DNA from: Eledone cirrhosa
Taxonomy: Eukaryota
Assembly (NCBI GenBank): GCA_964016885.1
Contig: OZ024742.1
Coordinates: 66,030,001 to 66,094,000 of the forward strand
Reading direction: 5' to 3'
Length of the DNA stretch: 64,000 nt
Below the pieces are notes generated by a model. It searched no databases, was not told the DNA's origin, and saw only the letters and a list, made by a program, of their open reading frames with translations. Positions 58,198 through 64,000 of the stretch are shown in pieces. Numbering within the stretch: the first letter of the stretch is position 1; every line of letters starts with the position of its first letter. A program made the position numbers and the translations under genes.

Positions 58198-58587
58198 CGG
58201 CTCCTTAATTGTAGAAGGACTCGACTGTTGTTTCTAGTTGTCGATAACCCTATTCACGCCACTGGGACGAAGCTTGTATGATGTATGTATTTCTACTAAA
58301 TACAACACGTGGTGCTGGCCAGTCACTGATTTGAACTTGAAGTGTAAACACGGATTGCTGGAACTGCTTCCTTGTTGAAAATCCATGTCTCTACTTCTGT
58401 GGTTTACCATCAGATTAATTGGTGAAATATATTTCTTTGATGGAATATATACAGGGAAGATTAATCATATTATAAGGTATCTATTTTTGAAGTTCTGGTC
58501 AACTTTATTTAGTTACCTACCTAGCTATGTGTGGTTACACACTTGTAAAATTATTCATGTTTATTTATATGTTAATCAATCTCTAGT

Positions 58588-58660
<73 letters not shown>

Positions 58661-58717
58661 CACATATATATGTATATATATATATATATATACAGGTATA
58701 TATATATATATATATAT

Positions 58718-58828
<111 letters not shown>

Positions 58829-58880
58829 CAAACAAATATATATATATATATACAAACATATATATATATATATATATATA

Positions 58881-58918
<38 letters not shown>

Positions 58919-58929
58919 TTTATATATAT

Positions 58930-59119
58930 ATAGGAAAAAGTATGACCCCGACGGCAGATCTCAAGCCGTTTCGACGTTTATTCAGAAATGGCCGTGGAAA
59001 CGGCTTGAGCTCTGCCGTCGGGGTCATACTTTTTCCTATTTCCCACTCTACTATCCTAAGTATTGAGTACTCTGGTGCTTTATGGTCCATCTTGTTCTTT
59101 ACCACAATTCCTTTGTTAT
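58930..59119 (+). repeat. Family F fold-back insert
   Basis: Arms 58930-58972/58997-59039; the long arm extends to 59119. Confidence 0.9.
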
Positions 59120-59131
59120 ATATATATATAT

Positions 59132-59318
59132 TAGGAAACGATCGACTTTTCATCAAATCGGACCGAGGAAACAATGCTTCCATCGGTCTTTCCAATTGCT
59201 AATACTATTTATCGGTCGGAACTGCAGATAGAAGGAGCAACATGAAATAAAGTGTCTCGCTTAAGGACATAACGCATCGCCTGCAAATCCAATTCTCTAA
59301 CCACTCAGCCACACGCCT

Positions 59319-59321
<3 letters not shown>
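59132..59321 (-). mobile_element. tRNA-derived CORE-like SINE (deleted)
   Basis: Matches 5790-5975. Confidence 0.75.
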
Positions 59322-59413
<92 letters not shown>

Positions 59414-59450
59414 ATTTATATATATATATGTATATGTGTATATGTATGTA

Positions 59451-59543
<93 letters not shown>

Positions 59544-59544
59544 T

Positions 59545-59600
<56 letters not shown>

Positions 59601-59603
<3 letters not shown>

Positions 59604-60040
59604 TAGAATGAAACGAAATTTCATTTCTCACTCTTAGTACGGCACTTACTTAAATGTAAGTGTGTATGTATGTATACGTACATACATATATGTATACAGA
59701 CGTACAGTAGTATGTATATATATATATACATACATGCACACATATATACATGCACGTATCGGTTTACCGAACATTCATTATAATGCTCGGTTTGTTTGTT
59801 GTAAACAAACAAACAGCCCGAATTACGCGGTACATTGTTCAAGCAACCACGTCACCTTTTTATTCAACACTGACACAGGAACGATGTACTAGTTTCAAGC
59901 TTATTAGCTATCATCAGCATCGTATACCTTCCTGCCAGATGGTTGAACGTCTGAAAGTATATACTTTCCTTATGCATATTAACGACTGAGCAGCCTAACT
60001 TGCATATCGAGTGAGTTCAGATGAGGGTATAAATGAAATC

Positions 60041-60043
<3 letters not shown>
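59601..60043 (-). mobile_element. Second copy of the 415-nt retrozyme-like element
   Basis: Reverse complement of 47902-48290, followed by a 22-bp foreign arm at 60022-60043. Confidence 0.85.
59881..59923 (-). ncRNA. Canonical minimal type-I hammerhead ribozyme
   Basis: ACGATG-ctgatga-tAGCTaataAGCTt-gaaac-ta-GTA-CATCGT. It differs from the 47998 copy only at the free N7 position. Confidence 0.92.
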
Positions 60044-60087
<44 letters not shown>

Positions 60088-60150
60088 GTATATGTATATG
60101 TTTGTTTATATATATATATATATACATACACATTTATATATATATGTATG

Positions 60151-60237
<87 letters not shown>

Positions 60238-60313
60238 ATACATATACATATACATATATATATATATAAACATACATATACATATACATATATATATATA
60301 TAAACATACATAA

Positions 60314-60368
<55 letters not shown>

Positions 60369-62736
60369 GATTTCATTTATACCCTCACTTAAAATAATGA
60401 GACTATTTCTCGATTCTGAATTGTATTGTTTGTTAACCAAACAAAGATGAATAAAACAAATTGTATGTAACAACATAAATTCAAAGAAGCCGGTTAGTCG
60501 GATAAATTGATATGGTTGGACGAATTTAGCGGCTAGCGGGTTATTTACTGGCATTTGATGTATTATGGTCAAGTGAGCCGAGTAAATTAGTATCTAAATC
60601 TCAACATCAACGATATGAAAATATATATCAACATACGATAACGCAAATGGAAATCGAACCTAGATAGCAAATCCTGAATATTGAATGTTCACCAACAACC
60701 ACTTCACAGCTCCCCGGCAATATTAGTATCTAAAATAATGCTTCATTCAGTTATTTAAACACACGGTATCGATTTATTTAGATTTTTTCTCTCGCCATAA
60801 AAGCGCTATTTTGTGGGAAATTTCGATCTGACGATAAAAGAAGGTTACTCTGTTTTCAAGAGTTGAATTTAGTGCTTATTGCTAAAGTTGTGTTTTTCAG
60901 AAACTCTTTCAGTGGCGATCACTTGACGAGATGTTTGGAAGAATGTGTCATGTATTGATTTTTTTTTAAGAAAGAAGCGGATAGTGAAGTATTCCGGAGA
61001 ATGGTTTGGCAATGTCTATTTCTTTGTGTGATTAAGATGTGAAGATAATGTACCATCTACTAGTAAAAAAATTGTGCGTATCTGTGTGCATGTTTCCCGG
61101 GTGTTAATATGTCTGTGTGTATGTGGTTGTGGGGTTTTATCGATCTTTTATACATTTTTGCTCACAACCCCCCTGAATATATGTTTTCCCCCATATATGA
61201 GGCTACTTAAATATAACATCTACATTTATACGACATACATTATCTATGTATGTATTTATGTACGTATGTATGTAGGTATGTTTGTTTGTATGTATGCATG
61301 TATATCTATATGTATGTTACAGTGTGTGTGTGCGTGTGTGTGAGTTTATGTTTAGATACATATCGTATATTTATCTATATTCCTGCAAAACATATTCCTG
61401 GAATATGTGTTGTATAGACATGTTATAGACATGTTAAAAAGTTCGCTTCACTTTCATGTTGCGCCATAGACAAGTGTCCTCTAGCTTAACCTTGGATCTA
61501 TTAAAACACATTCAGCATAATCAGTGTTGGCAGAAACTGCATACATGTCCATTCAATAAATTGTATCTGCTTGGAGGGGTGTCATGTCACTAGAAATCAT
61601 TGTGTATTTTACTCTTTCTCCAAACACACACAAGGAGGACCTGAAATGGATCCGAAACTTTACTCTATCAATAGTCCAAATAAGATCTTAAAACCTACTT
61701 TTGCTTCATGATAGTCGGCTAATAAGGATTATTCTGGTGAAGAATAAGTTCTCGTGTTTTCTACACTGCAGAAAAACTGCTGACACTAATCAACCAGAGA
61801 TATGGGATGAGTTGTACGTAGAACAAATAGATGTGAAGGACACAGCCGTACTAAATTTATCCAACATAAAGAAGTGAAGGTTATACTAGATATGAAATTT
61901 ATCTGCAATATGAAGCAGTAAATCTATTGACAAAATAAGGTTGATTCATTTTCTAAGCAATTGGTGTAAGCACGTTTAAGTACACAGAGAAAAATGTCAA
62001 CAGAAATAGAACTTAGCGTCCAGGGTGTTCATATTTCTCTAGGGTAAGTAAAGCAGCTTACAACAGAAGAAGAAGAAGAAGAAGAAGAAGAAGAAGAAGA
62101 AGAAGAAGAAGAAGAAGAAGAAGAAGAAGAAGAAGAAGAAGAAGAAAACAGTAAATGTAAAAAGAAGAAAGAGTAAAAGTAAAAAGAAAGGGAGGGAGGG
62201 ATATAAAGAGACAAAGACACAAACTAGAATATCAGGAAATGAAGTCGATTTTCTGAAAGCAATTTTGAAATATCTTAAGAAATGTGTGGAAGTTAATACA
62301 AATAACAGTATTGAGGCCATCAATGGAGACTATTTCTCTGGATGTCTAATCTATTACATACATCTATTCAGTATAATCAACATTATCAATATAATCAACT
62401 TTATCAACAACATTGTGGCTATCAATGGAAAGTGCCTCTCGAGATATCTAGATGTATTACAGAGCTTCACAATAGTCAACATAATATTTCTGAGTATTAA
62501 TCTCAAATGTAGAGTGTATCTTTAGTATATATACCTACAGCACTTTTATATATAACATTACTATGAAACACATAACCATGTGAAAACCACTTTATACTAG
62601 ATTTGTTTGTGAAGTGGTAATTTTAGAAGGCATGTGATTTGAAGTCTTCCTTACCCTTTGCCCTTTTACTCAGTGTTTTGCAACACATTTCCACCCTCTA
62701 TATGGTCAGTGTTAGTACAACAGCTATCTACCTACC

Positions 62737-62775
<39 letters not shown>

Positions 62776-62869
62776 TCTTCTGGCCTCTCTGTCTCTCCCA
62801 CTCTCCATCTCTCTCAATGTCTCTCGATTTATATAATTCATCGACCTATGTATCTATCTAAGCTATCTT

Positions 62870-62910
62870 TCTGTCTCTCATATACCCGCTTATCTAGCTG
62901 TGGATCTCTC

Positions 62911-62949
<39 letters not shown>

Positions 62950-62977
62950 CCCACTTATCTACCTGTGGATCTCTCCC

Positions 62978-63014
<37 letters not shown>

Positions 63015-63051
63015 GTCTCTCATATACCCGCTTATCTAGCTGTGGATCTCT

Positions 63052-63090
<39 letters not shown>

Positions 63091-63175
63091 CCCACTTATC
63101 TAGCTGTGGATCTCCCCCCCCCCTCTCTCTCTCTCTCTCTCTCATATACCCACTTATCTAGCTGTGGATCTCTCC

Positions 63176-63212
<37 letters not shown>

Positions 63213-63453
63213 GTCTCTCATACACCCACTTATCTAGCTGTGGATCTCCCCCCCCTCTCTCTCTCTCTCTCTCTTTCTCTCTCTGTCTCTCATATACCCA
63301 CTTATCTAGCTGTGGATCTCTCCCCTCTCTCTCTCTCTCTTTCTCTCTCTCTGTCTCTCATATACCCACTTATCTAGCTGTGGATCTCTCCCCCCTCTCT
63401 CTCTCTACCTCTCTCTGTCTCTCATATACCCACTTATCTAGCTGTGGATCTCT

Positions 63454-63502
<49 letters not shown>

Positions 63503-64000
63503 GTCTCTCATATACCCACTTATCTAGCTGTGGATCTCTCCCCCCTCTCTCTCTCTCTCTACCCCTCTCTCTCTCTGTCTCTCATATACCCACTTATCTA
63601 GCTGTGGATCTCTCCCCCTCTCTCTCTCTACCTCTCTCTCTCTCTGTCTCTCATATACCCACTTATCTAGCTGTGGATCTCTCCCCTCTCTCTCTCTCTT
63701 TCTCTCTCTGTCTCTCATATACCCACTTATCTAGCTGTGGATCTCCCCCCCTCTCTCTCTGTCTCTCATATACCCACTTATCTAGCTGTGGATCTCTCCC
63801 CTCTCTCTCTCTCTTTCTCTCTCTGTCTCTCATATACCCACTTATCTAGCTGTGGATCTCCCCCCCCTCTCTCTCTCTGTCTATCATATACCCACTTATC
63901 TAGCTGTGGATCTCCCCCCTCTCTCTCTCTCTGTCTCTCATATACCCACTTATCTAGCTGTGGATCTCTCCCCTCTCTCTCTCTCTTTCTCTCTCTGTCT
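62870..64000. repeat. Compound minisatellite: constant about 30-bp core plus variable (CT)n, about 19 units, runs off the window
   Basis: CTCATATACCCACTTATCTAGCTGTGGATCTC repeated and separated by (CT)n/C runs of variable length. Confidence 0.95.

Noticed and set aside
62870-64000. CRISPR-like repeat/spacer appearance
   Set aside because: Spacers are (CT)n, the context is eukaryotic, and there are no cas genes.

Overview
Gene-poor, microsatellite-saturated eukaryotic DNA. The SINE families and the (TA)n/(CA)n load suggest an octopus or other coleoid cephalopod; this is an inference. No host exon can be supported, and most ORFs in the track are translations of microsatellites. The coding remnants are all retroelements: Tx1/L1-like, RTE-like and R4/Dong-like LINE fragments, plus four Penelope-like elements (PLEs) with RT and/or GIY-YIG domains. 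There are also Meta-type and CORE-type tRNA SINEs, a Helitron-like element, MITEs and a compound minisatellite. The main hidden signal sits in the short unique 'islands' between (TA)n tracts. About 20 minimal type-I hammerhead ribozyme (HHR) motifs from over a dozen families can be read by eye; roughly half keep a canonical core. They lie in 150-800 bp non-coding PLE-pLTR or retrozyme-like inserts. These inserts take the form of 1.x-mer direct repeats with 415-534 nt monomers, head-to-head fold-backs whose short arm ends at an internal TA microhomology, chimeras of two different RNAs, and tail-to-tail snap-back duplications across the TA tract. All structures were read manually; none was tested computationally or biochemically.
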